From Promethearchaeota archaeon (GTDB lineage Archaea; Asgardarchaeota; Lokiarchaeia; Sigyniarchaeales; SOKP01): a DNA stretch of 64,000 bases. Position 1 is the stretch's first letter, and each line of letters opens with the position of its first letter. Both the position numbers and the translations under genes were made by a program. Shown here piece after piece: positions 20,197 through 29,504 of this stretch. The notes beneath the pieces were generated by a model. The model did no database searches. It saw only the letters and a list, made by a program, of their open reading frames with translations, and was not told the DNA's origin. The stretch is from the NCBI GenBank assembly GCA_048939995.1, contig JBHLOY010000006.1:64001-128000 (forward strand). The letters are read 5' to 3'.

Positions 20197-20991
20197 ATGG
20201 ACTTAAATCTCTCCAAAATACTCTACAAAACAAATCAACGTATTAGTACAGATGTAATATTAAAAAAAAAAACCAATTATTTAGAAAGAATTAATATACT
20301 TTCTTCTGGGTTACACAATTTAGATAAATTATTGGGAGGGGGATTTCGTTCAGAAAAACTATATATAATATTTGGAAAATATAGTACTGGAAAGACTCAA
20401 CTCTGTCATCAATTATGTGTAGAATCCTACAAGAAATTTGCTTCTTCTATTTTTATAGATACTGAAAATACATTTCGTCCCGAAAGAATTATTCAAATAG
20501 CAGATGCACAGAAACTTAATCCGAATAATGTTTTGAAAAGCATTTTAGTAACGAAGACTTTAAGTAATTCTATGTTTCTCTTGAATCTACAAAATGTCGA
20601 AAATATGATAAAAAGTAATAAATACAAAGTAATTTTAATTGATTCAATTAATAAATACTATCGCTTAGAGCAATCTAATGATGAAATTAGCTTTTACAAG
20701 GCTAAAACTAATTTTCTTAAAATATTAAAGTATCTTAATGATCTCACCAATTCTTATAACATAATCACAATTTGTAGCGCTCAGGTTTCTCCAATTTTCA
20801 TTGCTAATAACATCATCGCAGAAAATCCAGTGGGAATTCAATACTTAAATCATTTTTGTTCTGAGTTTTTGTATTTAACTATGCAAGGAGAATCAATTGG
20901 GAATGCACATTTAGTTAATTCATTTTCACTAGCAGAGGAAAAAGCAGTATTTGAAATAAAATCTGAAGGTATTAAAGATTGCGATATTTAA
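20197..20991 (+). CDS. RadA/Rad51-family paralog lacking the N-terminal HhH domain
   Basis: LDKLLGGG, GKYSTGKTQLCHQL, IDTENTFRPERI and ILIDS motifs. Confidence 0.85.
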   Translation: MDLNLSKILYKTNQRISTDVILKKKTNYLERINILSSGLHNLDKLLGGGFRSEKLYIIFGKYSTGKTQLCHQLCVESYKKFASSIFIDTENTFRPERIIQIADAQKLNPNNVLKSILVTKTLSNSMFLLNLQNVENMIKSNKYKVILIDSINKYYRLEQSNDEISFYKAKTNFLKILKYLNDLTNSYNIITICSAQVSPIFIANNIIAENPVGIQYLNHFCSEFLYLTMQGESIGNAHLVNSFSLAEEKAVFEIKSEGIKDCDI

Positions 20992-21834
20992 TTAGAATTT
21001 ATCTAAAACGAATTCCTTGAATTCAGATAAAGTTAAATTATGAATTCTTTTTGATTTTGTAGTAGAATTTACATAATAAATAGGGCATACTATTTGCTTT
21101 TGTATCTGTTCTAATAAAAATTTAGCATATTTTAGTTTCTTTCTCTTAATTCTTGAAGCTTTAAAATTATTTAATTTATCAATTTTGCTATACTTTCCAA
21201 CTATCTTATCAAAATCCATACCTATTAAAAAAACTACTTGTGTTGGTCTTAGAAGTGACTTTAAAAAAAACAGAACTCTATCACCATCTGTAAAACCTCC
21301 TGGATTTAAAACATTTTTAGTTGGTTCCACCTGCGTCGTCCCGATTATGTTGTCAAAATTAATAATCAGTTTTTCAAAGGCCTGCAGTTTATTTATATTA
21401 TCTCCATGTGCGTGTACAATTAAGAATTTTGAGTAAAGGAACTCCCTTTCAGTAATTCCATCTAAATCTGTAAAGATTATATCGACGGGTATATCATTAT
21501 CGCGTAAGAACCTAGATGATCCATCAGCACATAAATTAATGAAATTATTAAAAATATGGCTTCCCTTTATTTCGAGTGTAAATTTCATTGTTTCCTCCAG
21601 TGATGGTCCACAACCATATATTAGTATTATCTCCTTATCATTAACAAGATTTTTAATAGAATTAAGGACTTTTTCAAGGTTGTAATCCTTACTTTTTTTC
21701 AAAATAATTTTATGCAGAAGATTTCGTGCATATTTATCAGATTTATAATCAAATTTGAAACTTTTTAGGATTTTAATATAAGTATCTTTAAAATTACTAT
21801 AATAATTGATTATATCACTGAGTGTAATTGTCAT
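20992..21834 (-). CDS. mptE: 6-hydroxymethyl-7,8-dihydropterin pyrophosphokinase MptE (DUF115)
   Basis: GCGPSL, ADG, TDLDG, VHAHGDN, GTTQ, GGFTDGDR and GMDF motifs. Confidence 0.85.
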   Translation of the reverse strand: MTITLSDIINYYSNFKDTYIKILKSFKFDYKSDKYARNLLHKIILKKSKDYNLEKVLNSIKNLVNDKEIILIYGCGPSLEETMKFTLEIKGSHIFNNFINLCADGSSRFLRDNDIPVDIIFTDLDGITEREFLYSKFLIVHAHGDNINKLQAFEKLIINFDNIIGTTQVEPTKNVLNPGGFTDGDRVLFFLKSLLRPTQVVFLIGMDFDKIVGKYSKIDKLNNFKASRIKRKKLKYAKFLLEQIQKQIVCPIYYVNSTTKSKRIHNLTLSEFKEFVLDKF

Positions 21835-21962
21835 TTTATCAGATCTGATTTTAGGTTTAATTAATAAAAAAATTTTATATTTTGGATATAATTAAATTTA
21901 TCATACAATTAAATTCAATATATTTTGTTCATAAAAATTATAAACAAAGAGTTAGATAAAAA

Positions 21963-22361
21963 ATGACAATATGGTATACTAAGACCCACCAATGGTTTGA
22001 TGATTCAACTGGGGCAGTTGGAATCACTCCTTATGCTGCTGAACAATTAGGTGAAATTTCTTTTGTAGATGTTGAAGCTCTTGAAGGGGCTACTATTACG
22101 CAAGTTAAAATGGACGGAGATGAGCCAAGTAGTGATCCATTGGATTGCACTGTTGAATCAAGTAAAGCAGTTGGGGATGTTTATAGCCCAGTTTCCGGAA
22201 CAGTCACAGAAGTTAATTCATCCTTAATGGATGAACCAGAAAAAATCAATGAAGATGCTTTTTCAGCATGGTTATTTAAAGTTAACCCATCAAATTGGGA
22301 TTCTGAAAAAGGAAATCTTTTAGATGAAGCTGCATATAAAGCTTTTATTGCTAATTTATAA
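21963..22361 (+). CDS. gcvH: Glycine cleavage system H protein
   Basis: YTKTHQW, VGITPYAAEQLGEI and lipoyl motif VESSKAVGDVYSPVSG. Confidence 0.92.
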   Translation: MTIWYTKTHQWFDDSTGAVGITPYAAEQLGEISFVDVEALEGATITQVKMDGDEPSSDPLDCTVESSKAVGDVYSPVSGTVTEVNSSLMDEPEKINEDAFSAWLFKVNPSNWDSEKGNLLDEAAYKAFIANL

Positions 22362-22430
22362 TTTTTGATTAAAAATTCATTACTTTTTTTTCTTTTTTTC
22401 AATAATAAACAGAAACATTAAGCAAGAAGA

Positions 22431-22943
22431 TTAAACATTAAATAATCTTTCTCCCAATTTTATAGTTATAAATGCCTGTAATGCAACAAAAGCAGAAATA
22501 ACTAAAATAATTCCAATTATCAAAATTTTTATCGCAGTTATCTTATTATACACATACTTTGATGCCTGATAAAGTAGTATAAAACCAATAGAACAGAGAA
22601 AAATGAAAATTGAAGCCACAATACTCTCAATTATGAAAGCTTCAGATATATCCGGATAAAATAAAACAGGATTACCTTGTGGATTGGCCCCTATAGCGAT
22701 AGGTTCTCTATAAATAATATAAATAATACCTGTTTGAAGGAGGAATAATATAATATATATTCCTATAACTACTAAGGTTCTTCCCGGTAAAGGCATTTCC
22801 ATCTTTGGAAGTTTTAACTGCGGATAATTTACTTTAGGCTTTCTTAGTGAATTTCCAAACACCCAAGGGGTTTTGCTTTTTATTTTTTCAAAAATTGTCT
22901 CGGAACCACTGACATCTTCCTTAGGGGTTGATTGTTTTTGCAT
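22431..22943 (-). CDS. Oligosaccharyltransferase accessory subunit, OST3/OST6-OSTC(DC2)-like
   Basis: FLLQTGIIY..REP..IG, FIIESIVASIFIFLCSIGFILL and three TM segments parallel eukaryotic OSTC/OST3-6 as recalled. Confidence 0.75.
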   Translation of the reverse strand: MQKQSTPKEDVSGSETIFEKIKSKTPWVFGNSLRKPKVNYPQLKLPKMEMPLPGRTLVVIGIYIILFLLQTGIIYIIYREPIAIGANPQGNPVLFYPDISEAFIIESIVASIFIFLCSIGFILLYQASKYVYNKITAIKILIIGIILVISAFVALQAFITIKLGERLFNV

Positions 22944-23031
22944 AAATATCCGCGAGTTACTTTTTATCTACAAGATATTAATTTTTTTTAAATTAAAAAG
23001 TTTTTAGTTATAAAAGTTATTTTCATAATAT

Positions 23032-24534
23032 CTAAACTAATTTCTTTAATAAAGATATTAAGAAATTCCATATTTTCTCTACGGTTTTTATTTTTAGCCG
23101 TTCATCTGGAGAATGACCATCAATAATAGTTGGTCCAATTGAAATAATTTCCAAATTAGGAAAATGATGCTTAAAGTAAGCGCATTCTAGACCTGCATGA
23201 ATAGCTTGTATTATAACCTCACTTTTGAATAATTCCTCATAGGTTTCTGAAGCAAGATTTGAAAGCTTTGAATTAAAATTAGGAGGCCAACTTGGATACT
23301 CATACTTAATATTAGTATTAATCTTCAATCCAGACATTCTAAATAAAGTTTGAAACTGATCAAATATAACATCTTGGTCATATTGAGTTAGGCTTCTTTG
23401 ACTAATTATAAATTTTATAGAAGTCTTTGATGTCTTTATTGAAGCAAAATTACTTGAAGTGTGGACTAATTCTTTATTTGCTGGATGTATATAAATAGGG
23501 CCATTTTGCATTGAAAACAAAAGTTCAATTAATCTATTTTGGACATCTTTTGAGATAATTGAAAAGGCACTAGATTCTTGTACCCGCTTGATAAGGATAT
23601 TAATACTAGGTTCAATATCTTCATACAACATCTGAATATTTGGAGAGATCTCCTCTATAAATTGAGTAATTTCAGAGAATTTAAACTTCTCAGAAAAAAA
23701 TAACGCTTCTGCTTCTCTTGGAATAGCATTATCTAAATTACCACCATCTAAAGAAATTAAATGGATATTATAATTACTATTTATTTTCCATAATACTTGA
23801 GAAAGTATATTTAGTGCATTTGCTCTACCTTTATCAATGTCTACTCCAGAATGACCACCAGTTAATCCTGTAATTGAAAGTTTAATAGGAATTAAATCTT
23901 TATTATGATCAATAAGATTCTTTTCAATTTGTAGAGTCACTTCAAAAACTCTGCCACCTGCAGCTCCAATTGTAAATTTATTATCCCCTTCTGAATCCAG
24001 ATTTATCATATAAGGACCACTTATAAAATTTTTGTCGATTTGGCTTGCTCCTGTTAATCCTCTCTCTTCATCGACAGTAAATAGAAGATTAATTGATATA
24101 GGGCCTAAATTTAACTCTTTGTTATACATTTTCTTCATAATCGCTAATTGATATGCCATTCCAACAGCATTGTCAGCCCCTAAGGTAGTACCTTTAGCCT
24201 TTATCCATTTTTCATTATTTATTTCAATTATTTCCAAATCCAAAGAATCTTTTGAGAAATCATGAATTACATCATCATTTTTTTCACAGACCATGTCCAT
24301 ATGACTTTGCAAAGTAACGCCTAGAACATTTTTTTCATTTAAATTTGAAGGAATTTCAATTACTATGTTTTTAACTTGATCTATTTTAGTTTGATATCCC
24401 AGTTTTTCAGCTTCTTTTTGTATAAAAAGCCTTATTTGGTCCTCATGACCAGAACAGCGAGGAATTTTTGAAATTTCAAAAAAGTATTCCCAAAATTCTG
24501 ATGGATTCCCCAGTTCTTTTAAATATTTAATCAT
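23032..24534 (-). CDS. pepD: Aminoacyl-histidine dipeptidase PepD (M20C)
   Basis: QSHMDMVCEK, GTTLGADN, TVDEERG, NLDSE, GGHSG, IHAGLEC and HSPDE motifs. Confidence 0.92.
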   Translation of the reverse strand: MIKYLKELGNPSEFWEYFFEISKIPRCSGHEDQIRLFIQKEAEKLGYQTKIDQVKNIVIEIPSNLNEKNVLGVTLQSHMDMVCEKNDDVIHDFSKDSLDLEIIEINNEKWIKAKGTTLGADNAVGMAYQLAIMKKMYNKELNLGPISINLLFTVDEERGLTGASQIDKNFISGPYMINLDSEGDNKFTIGAAGGRVFEVTLQIEKNLIDHNKDLIPIKLSITGLTGGHSGVDIDKGRANALNILSQVLWKINSNYNIHLISLDGGNLDNAIPREAEALFFSEKFKFSEITQFIEEISPNIQMLYEDIEPSINILIKRVQESSAFSIISKDVQNRLIELLFSMQNGPIYIHPANKELVHTSSNFASIKTSKTSIKFIISQRSLTQYDQDVIFDQFQTLFRMSGLKINTNIKYEYPSWPPNFNSKLSNLASETYEELFKSEVIIQAIHAGLECAYFKHHFPNLEIISIGPTIIDGHSPDERLKIKTVEKIWNFLISLLKKLV

Positions 24535-24629
24535 AATTGCTTTCCATGAAAATATATATATGTATTTTTTTATTACTTTTATAAAAATAACATTAAATTC
24601 CTTATAATTTTAATGTGAGAGATATTTAG

Positions 24630-25736
24630 ATGAGTAGCTGGAAAGATTTATATTCTGAAGTTAAGCAACGTAAAATGGAAGCGCTTAATAAAAAAGATGT
24701 TGTAAAAGCTGTTGAAAAACATGGTAAAATTTTAGCAGTAGAAGGACGATATGAGAAACCAAAAAAAATTATTGACCATATGTATGCCGCCATTCGTGAA
24801 ACAATAAAACCAAAACAAATTATGAAATATGATCTTAATGACTATGATGTAGTACTAATTGGATGTCCTGGTGATGATATTCCTCATTCGGCATATCCAA
24901 AAGTAAAAGATTATGTATCTTTGAATGGCGGCTGGCTAATAACAACAGATTGGGCAATTAAAACTTTAGTAGAAGTAATTTTTCCGGGTTATATTCGCTG
25001 GAATGGACAAAAAACAGGAGATGCTGTTGTTGCATGCCAGATAATGGAACCAAATCATCCTTATCTTGATGGGGTGCTAAGCGAAATTCAACAAAGTAAA
25101 TGGCAAAAACAAGACGCAAAAAATACCAAAAGGTCAGAATTCAGATGGTGGTTAGAGACCAAAAGCTTTCCAATAAGCATCTTGAACCCAAGTGTTCAGG
25201 TCTTAATATCATCCCAGGAGATCTTACGAAAATGGGGTGAATCTCCAGTCTTTGTATATTTTGATTATGGGAAAACTGGAGGTAGAGTTATTCATATGAT
25301 CTCTCACACTCATTTACAGAAAGGGGGGGTAAAGGGCAAATATGCTTCTGCACTTATCTTAACAAATATTTTAGATGAAAAAGTAGCTAAAAAAACAGGA
25401 ATTTCAAAAGCACCTACGCCTGGATATGTATCTAATTGGGAGGATACACAACAACCCCAACAGCAATATTCAGCATCAACTCAACAAAATACTTATCTAA
25501 CTCCTTCGGATAGTGTTAGTGGATTGACAGGTACCTCGCAAATTATTGAAGTAAATATGAATAGCAGTGAATTTTCATTTGCTAGCAAATGTGGGTATTG
25601 TGGATATGATTTTGGGGAATATGCTGGAAAGATTTACATGTGTAAAGCCTGTAAAACCTTATATCATGAAACATGCCTTAATATGCAGATTAATGAGGGC
25701 GTTTGCAAGAATTGTAATAAGATTTTATTATGGTAA
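24630..25736 (+). CDS. Hypothetical protein: class-I-GATase-like domain, Q/S/T linker and C-terminal C4HC3 zinc finger
   Basis: YDVVLIGCPG and GGWLITTDWA; C-terminal CGYC..CKAC..H..C..CKNC. Confidence 0.55.
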   Translation: MSSWKDLYSEVKQRKMEALNKKDVVKAVEKHGKILAVEGRYEKPKKIIDHMYAAIRETIKPKQIMKYDLNDYDVVLIGCPGDDIPHSAYPKVKDYVSLNGGWLITTDWAIKTLVEVIFPGYIRWNGQKTGDAVVACQIMEPNHPYLDGVLSEIQQSKWQKQDAKNTKRSEFRWWLETKSFPISILNPSVQVLISSQEILRKWGESPVFVYFDYGKTGGRVIHMISHTHLQKGGVKGKYASALILTNILDEKVAKKTGISKAPTPGYVSNWEDTQQPQQQYSASTQQNTYLTPSDSVSGLTGTSQIIEVNMNSSEFSFASKCGYCGYDFGEYAGKIYMCKACKTLYHETCLNMQINEGVCKNCNKILLW

Positions 25737-25841
25737 TCCTAAGTCCTCCAATTGGTGTTTCTTGGTCATTTTATTCTAAAATTTAATTAATCCTTAACTA
25801 TATTCATTCATTAGACCTATTTCAATAAATTAAGTGGAAAT

Positions 25842-26469
25842 ATGATACAAGAGATTTTTGAAGAAATTAATAATCTAGATGAAGAACGAATCATGCAGAT
25901 TATGCGACAACTCATTGAAATAGACACTTCGGTACCTCCAGGTAATTCCTATCGTGATTATGTTGATGCTTTATATCCGTATTTTATCGAATTGGATTTC
26001 TCATTAGAAGAGGTTAAAGTTCCTGAAGAATTAATTAAACAAATTCCATACCCTTTAGAAGGGCCTCGTATTAATCTTATAGCTAAAAAAGAAATTTGAG
26101 GAGGTAAAGCATGAAATTATCGAAAGTATAAATCGAGGAAAACAAAATAGCAACGCATTAGATATTAAAATTTCTTTTAGATATGATAATCCTCCTTTAA
26201 AAATTGACCCTAATTCAAGCGTAATTAAAAGTTGGAAAAAAGCTATGGCAATCAGTAACAATCTCCTTGAGGATAAGATTCAATTAATCGGAACGGCATC
26301 TTCCTCTGATATGGGATTCGTATCAGAAATTCTCAAGAAGAATGATATTATTATAACCGGTATTGAATCCCCATCATCTAAAGCTCATGGAGAAAATGAA
26401 TTTGTTAGAATTAGGGACATAAAAACCTTAATAAAAGAACTTATTGTTTTTTTATGTGAAGAATTATAA
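25842..26469 (+). pseudogene. M20 (ArgE/DapE-like) metallopeptidase remnant with internal deletion and frameshift
   Basis: The N-terminal part (LIEIDTSVPPG...PRINLIA) stops at 26099. A different frame, open from about 26089 to 26469, gives the M20 C-terminus (SSDMGF...AHGENEFV). The central metal-binding motifs are missing. Confidence 0.75.
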
Positions 26470-26483
26470 TATATGATTAATAA

Positions 26484-26507
26484 TTCGTGAAAGGGGGGTT
26501 TCACGAA
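26484..26507. repeat. Perfect 9-bp inverted repeat with G6 spacer
   Basis: TTCGTGAAA-GGGGGG-TTTCACGAA in an intergenic region. Confidence 0.8.
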
Positions 26508-26566
26508 AAATTTTTATTTTTATATTCTGAAGATTATTTAAGAAATAAATAGCTATATCTAAGAAA

Positions 26567-26914
26567 ATGATAAAAAAGTATTGCAGAGTAATTAAAGAAC
26601 ATAAAAGTTCCTTTCCCGACCCTCTAATACTTAAAAAGGGAGAAAAATTGCATGTAGAAAATAAAAATTCGGAGTGGCCCGGTTGGATTTGGTCTATTAC
26701 TAAATCCGAAAAATCAGGATGGGTTCCTAAAAGTTACCTCGAAATTCATGGGAATAAGGCTATTATGTTAAGGGATTATGATGCAACAGAGTTAACAGCC
26801 TCAATTGGAGAAGAATTTCTAATTGAAGGGAAAGAAAGCGGATGGGCATGGGTAACTTCGATAACAGGAAAATTTGGTTGGATTCCATTAGAAAATATTG
26901 AAATTATTAAATAA
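26567..26914 (+). CDS. Tandem SH3 domain protein
   Basis: Two units with SH3-like motifs: PLILKKGE..GWIW..GWVPKSYL and DYDATEL..GE..GWAW..GWIPLENI. Confidence 0.8.
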   Translation: MIKKYCRVIKEHKSSFPDPLILKKGEKLHVENKNSEWPGWIWSITKSEKSGWVPKSYLEIHGNKAIMLRDYDATELTASIGEEFLIEGKESGWAWVTSITGKFGWIPLENIEIIK

Positions 26915-26969
26915 TTTCTTAAAAGAGTGATAATAAAAATAAAAAAAATTTTGAAATATTTAACAGATC

Positions 26970-27167
26970 TTAATCTTCTGTAATAGTAATAGCTTCTTCA
27001 GAGCATTGAGTTTCACAAGCTCTGCAACCTACACAATCGTCTCTGTTTTCTTCCAAAATATGTACTTTGCCTCCCTCTGGTTCTCCAAAACATTCACTAG
27101 GGCAGACCTCATAACATGTTCCACATCCAGAGCAAGCCTCCAAATCAATTTCAATTCCGAATCCCAT
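26970..27167 (-). CDS. 2x[4Fe-4S] ferredoxin
   Basis: CSGCGTCYEVCP and CVGCRACETQC motifs; ATG 27167 with AAGGT upstream. Confidence 0.9.
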   Translation of the reverse strand: MGFGIEIDLEACSGCGTCYEVCPSECFGEPEGGKVHILEENRDDCVGCRACETQCSEEAITITED

Positions 27168-27303
27168 AATTAAAACCTTTTTAGTTGTGTTTTTTTCTAT
27201 ATGTTCGTTCAATGTGTTTTTCAGTAATTATGAGAATAAAGTAAAAAATTTAAATTTCGTTTTTATTTTGGAAATCTTTTTCTTGAAAAAAAAAAGAAAG
27301 AAT

Positions 27304-27750
27304 TTATTTATACTTAAATTTTAAGATAAAAAATATCATACAAAGGATCCCACCCACAAGACTACCATAGAACCCTAATTCCGGCCACCATTCAAAATCA
27401 CTAAATAATCCGTACACTATTCCGAAGGAACCTAAACCTATTAGAGCTAAAGTCCATGTTAAACTTGCCATTATTAATCCTATCATTGTTAAATCCTTTG
27501 AAATGATTTTTTTTGGAATTAATTCATTTAAAGCAATTAAGAATTGAAGTATTAAAAGTATAATTATAAATATCTGTGCGATTAAATCAACTGTAGTCCA
27601 ATACTCACAATATAAACAAGAATAGTAATTGTAACCATAACCAAAATGGTAGAATCCAGCGAATGGTCCAATTATTACCATTATTAAGGCAATGATACTC
27701 AGTGTCAATATTAAGGCGGAAAAAATATCAATTTTCCTTTCTGCTGACAT
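27304..27750 (-). CDS. Hypothetical 4-TM membrane protein with CxxC in loop 1
   Basis: Four hydrophobic helices; YSCLYCEY loop. Confidence 0.65.
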   Translation of the reverse strand: MSAERKIDIFSALILTLSIIALIMVIIGPFAGFYHFGYGYNYYSCLYCEYWTTVDLIAQIFIIILLILQFLIALNELIPKKIISKDLTMIGLIMASLTWTLALIGLGSFGIVYGLFSDFEWWPELGFYGSLVGGILCMIFFILKFKYK

Positions 27751-27853
27751 TTATTAATCACAAATATAATTTTTAGAGTATCTAGGGTTTAAAAGTAAAT
27801 AAAATAAATTCTTTTATAATATTAGTTAAATAATTCAAGCTCAGTGAATTAAT

Positions 27854-28963
27854 TTGAGAATTATTGAGAAATGGAAATGTCAAACTAATAAGCCATTATT
27901 GGGACTAGAATTAATGAAAAATCAAAGATTAGAAAATCATATAGTCCTATATTCTAAATCAGGAAAAATTTACTTTTTCTCATTTAATGGAATATTATCA
28001 TTCGAGAGCGTTTTAACACAAAATACGCCAATTTGGAATCTTAAAATTCTTGATCTTAATAATGACAATGATCTGGAATTAATCTTTGGTGGTATGGATG
28101 GAATATTACGTGTTTTTAAAATTTCAATGCCATTATCACTAAAACCTTTATGGGAACATAGATTCAACTCTTCAATTAGTGGGTTTTTAATGGATGATAT
28201 AAATCTTGATAACCATTTAGAAATTATTGCTTATTCTCTAGATAAAAGTTTACGAGTTCTAAAGTCTTCAAATGGTTCTTTAATTTGGGGTCAACTACTT
28301 GGGGGCGGGATAGAAGATGCTTCTATATGTTTAAATAATGATCTTCCTCCTAAGAGAGAAATATTAGCATGCGGAAACGACGGAACATTTAGGGTTTTTG
28401 AAGGAAGTAATGGAAATTTATTATGGTTTAAGAAATTCTCCAATAAAGTAAGATTTATCTCATATTTAACAAACGAGGATACAAACTTTATTTTATGTGG
28501 CGGAGATGATAAAACTGTTCATGTAATTGATATAAAAACTCAAAATGAAATTAAAAGTATTTTCTTCGATGATTATGTATGGAAATGCTTTTCACCGCTA
28601 TTTTTTCATCACAAAAAGGTATTAATAAGTTCGTATTCTTTTTCACACTTCAATCATTTAAAAAATTTAAAGGATCTAAGATTTTCTTCAAAATTGATTT
28701 GTCTAAATAACAATTTGGAAGTTGAGTGGGAATTAAAACATATAAATGTAGAGACTTTATGCCAGATTAATAAAGATGAAGAAAAATACTTAGGTATTGG
28801 TACTACTAAAGGAGAATTGTTAATTGTAAGCGTGGACAATGGAAAAATATTAACAAGTATTTCACAACCATCAAGTGTGAATGGTTTATTATATGAATCG
28901 AATTCCAATCTCTTATTTAGCTGTTGTGATAATGGTGATCTCTTTGCTTACTTTTTAAATTAA
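27854..28963 (+). CDS. Beta-propeller protein (WD40/PQQ-like with FG-GAP-like DxxxD motifs)
   Basis: Repeats DLNNDNDLELIFGGMDGILRVF, DINLDNHLEIIAYSLDKSLRVL, ACGNDGTFRVF and CGGDDKTVHVID. Confidence 0.7.
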   Translation: MRIIEKWKCQTNKPLLGLELMKNQRLENHIVLYSKSGKIYFFSFNGILSFESVLTQNTPIWNLKILDLNNDNDLELIFGGMDGILRVFKISMPLSLKPLWEHRFNSSISGFLMDDINLDNHLEIIAYSLDKSLRVLKSSNGSLIWGQLLGGGIEDASICLNNDLPPKREILACGNDGTFRVFEGSNGNLLWFKKFSNKVRFISYLTNEDTNFILCGGDDKTVHVIDIKTQNEIKSIFFDDYVWKCFSPLFFHHKKVLISSYSFSHFNHLKNLKDLRFSSKLICLNNNLEVEWELKHINVETLCQINKDEEKYLGIGTTKGELLIVSVDNGKILTSISQPSSVNGLLYESNSNLLFSCCDNGDLFAYFLN

Positions 28964-29015
28964 AACTTCTTTATGATGTAAATAAAAAAAAATAGAGAGT
29001 TTTTTATTGTTCTCG

Positions 29016-29339
29016 CTAATCTTCTGAAGATTCTTCCTCTTCAGCCGCTAGTTCCTCCTCCAATTCTTCAAGTGGAACAGGTGCGGGTGTGGTAAGCATA
29101 CTGTACCCAATCCAAATGGCGATAATACAAATTAATATCACAATCAACCACATTGGCAATACAACGAATGCTTCATAATCTAGCCAATCAACACCAAAGA
29201 ATCGAAAAGCTAGATCCCACGTTGGTTGATTAAGCAACTTATCGAATATAAGATCAACGAGGGATCCCATCGTGTAAATAACTGCAATTAAAATCCCAAG
29301 AATTAAAACTATCGCACCAATAATTTTATCTTTTGCCAT
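29016..29339 (-). CDS. Two-TM protein resembling DPM2 (dolichol-phosphate mannose synthase regulatory subunit)
   Basis: DKIIG..IYT...VVLP...WIGYSML parallels the recalled DPM2 pattern DQVVG..YYT...VAIP...FISYVML; acidic tail. Confidence 0.5.
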   Translation of the reverse strand: MAKDKIIGAIVLILGILIAVIYTMGSLVDLIFDKLLNQPTWDLAFRFFGVDWLDYEAFVVLPMWLIVILICIIAIWIGYSMLTTPAPVPLEELEEELAAEEEESSED

Positions 29340-29504
29340 TATTATTCACTTTTAGTTTATAATTATTTTGTTATGATAATAAGCAATTTGGTTATAGTTA
29401 ATATTATTTGTTAAAATAATATTAAATTAAAACCATTCGATATGATACAATTTTAATTGTGATGATCTACTTATGGTTAATAAAAATTAAAAATCAAAAA
29501 TAAT

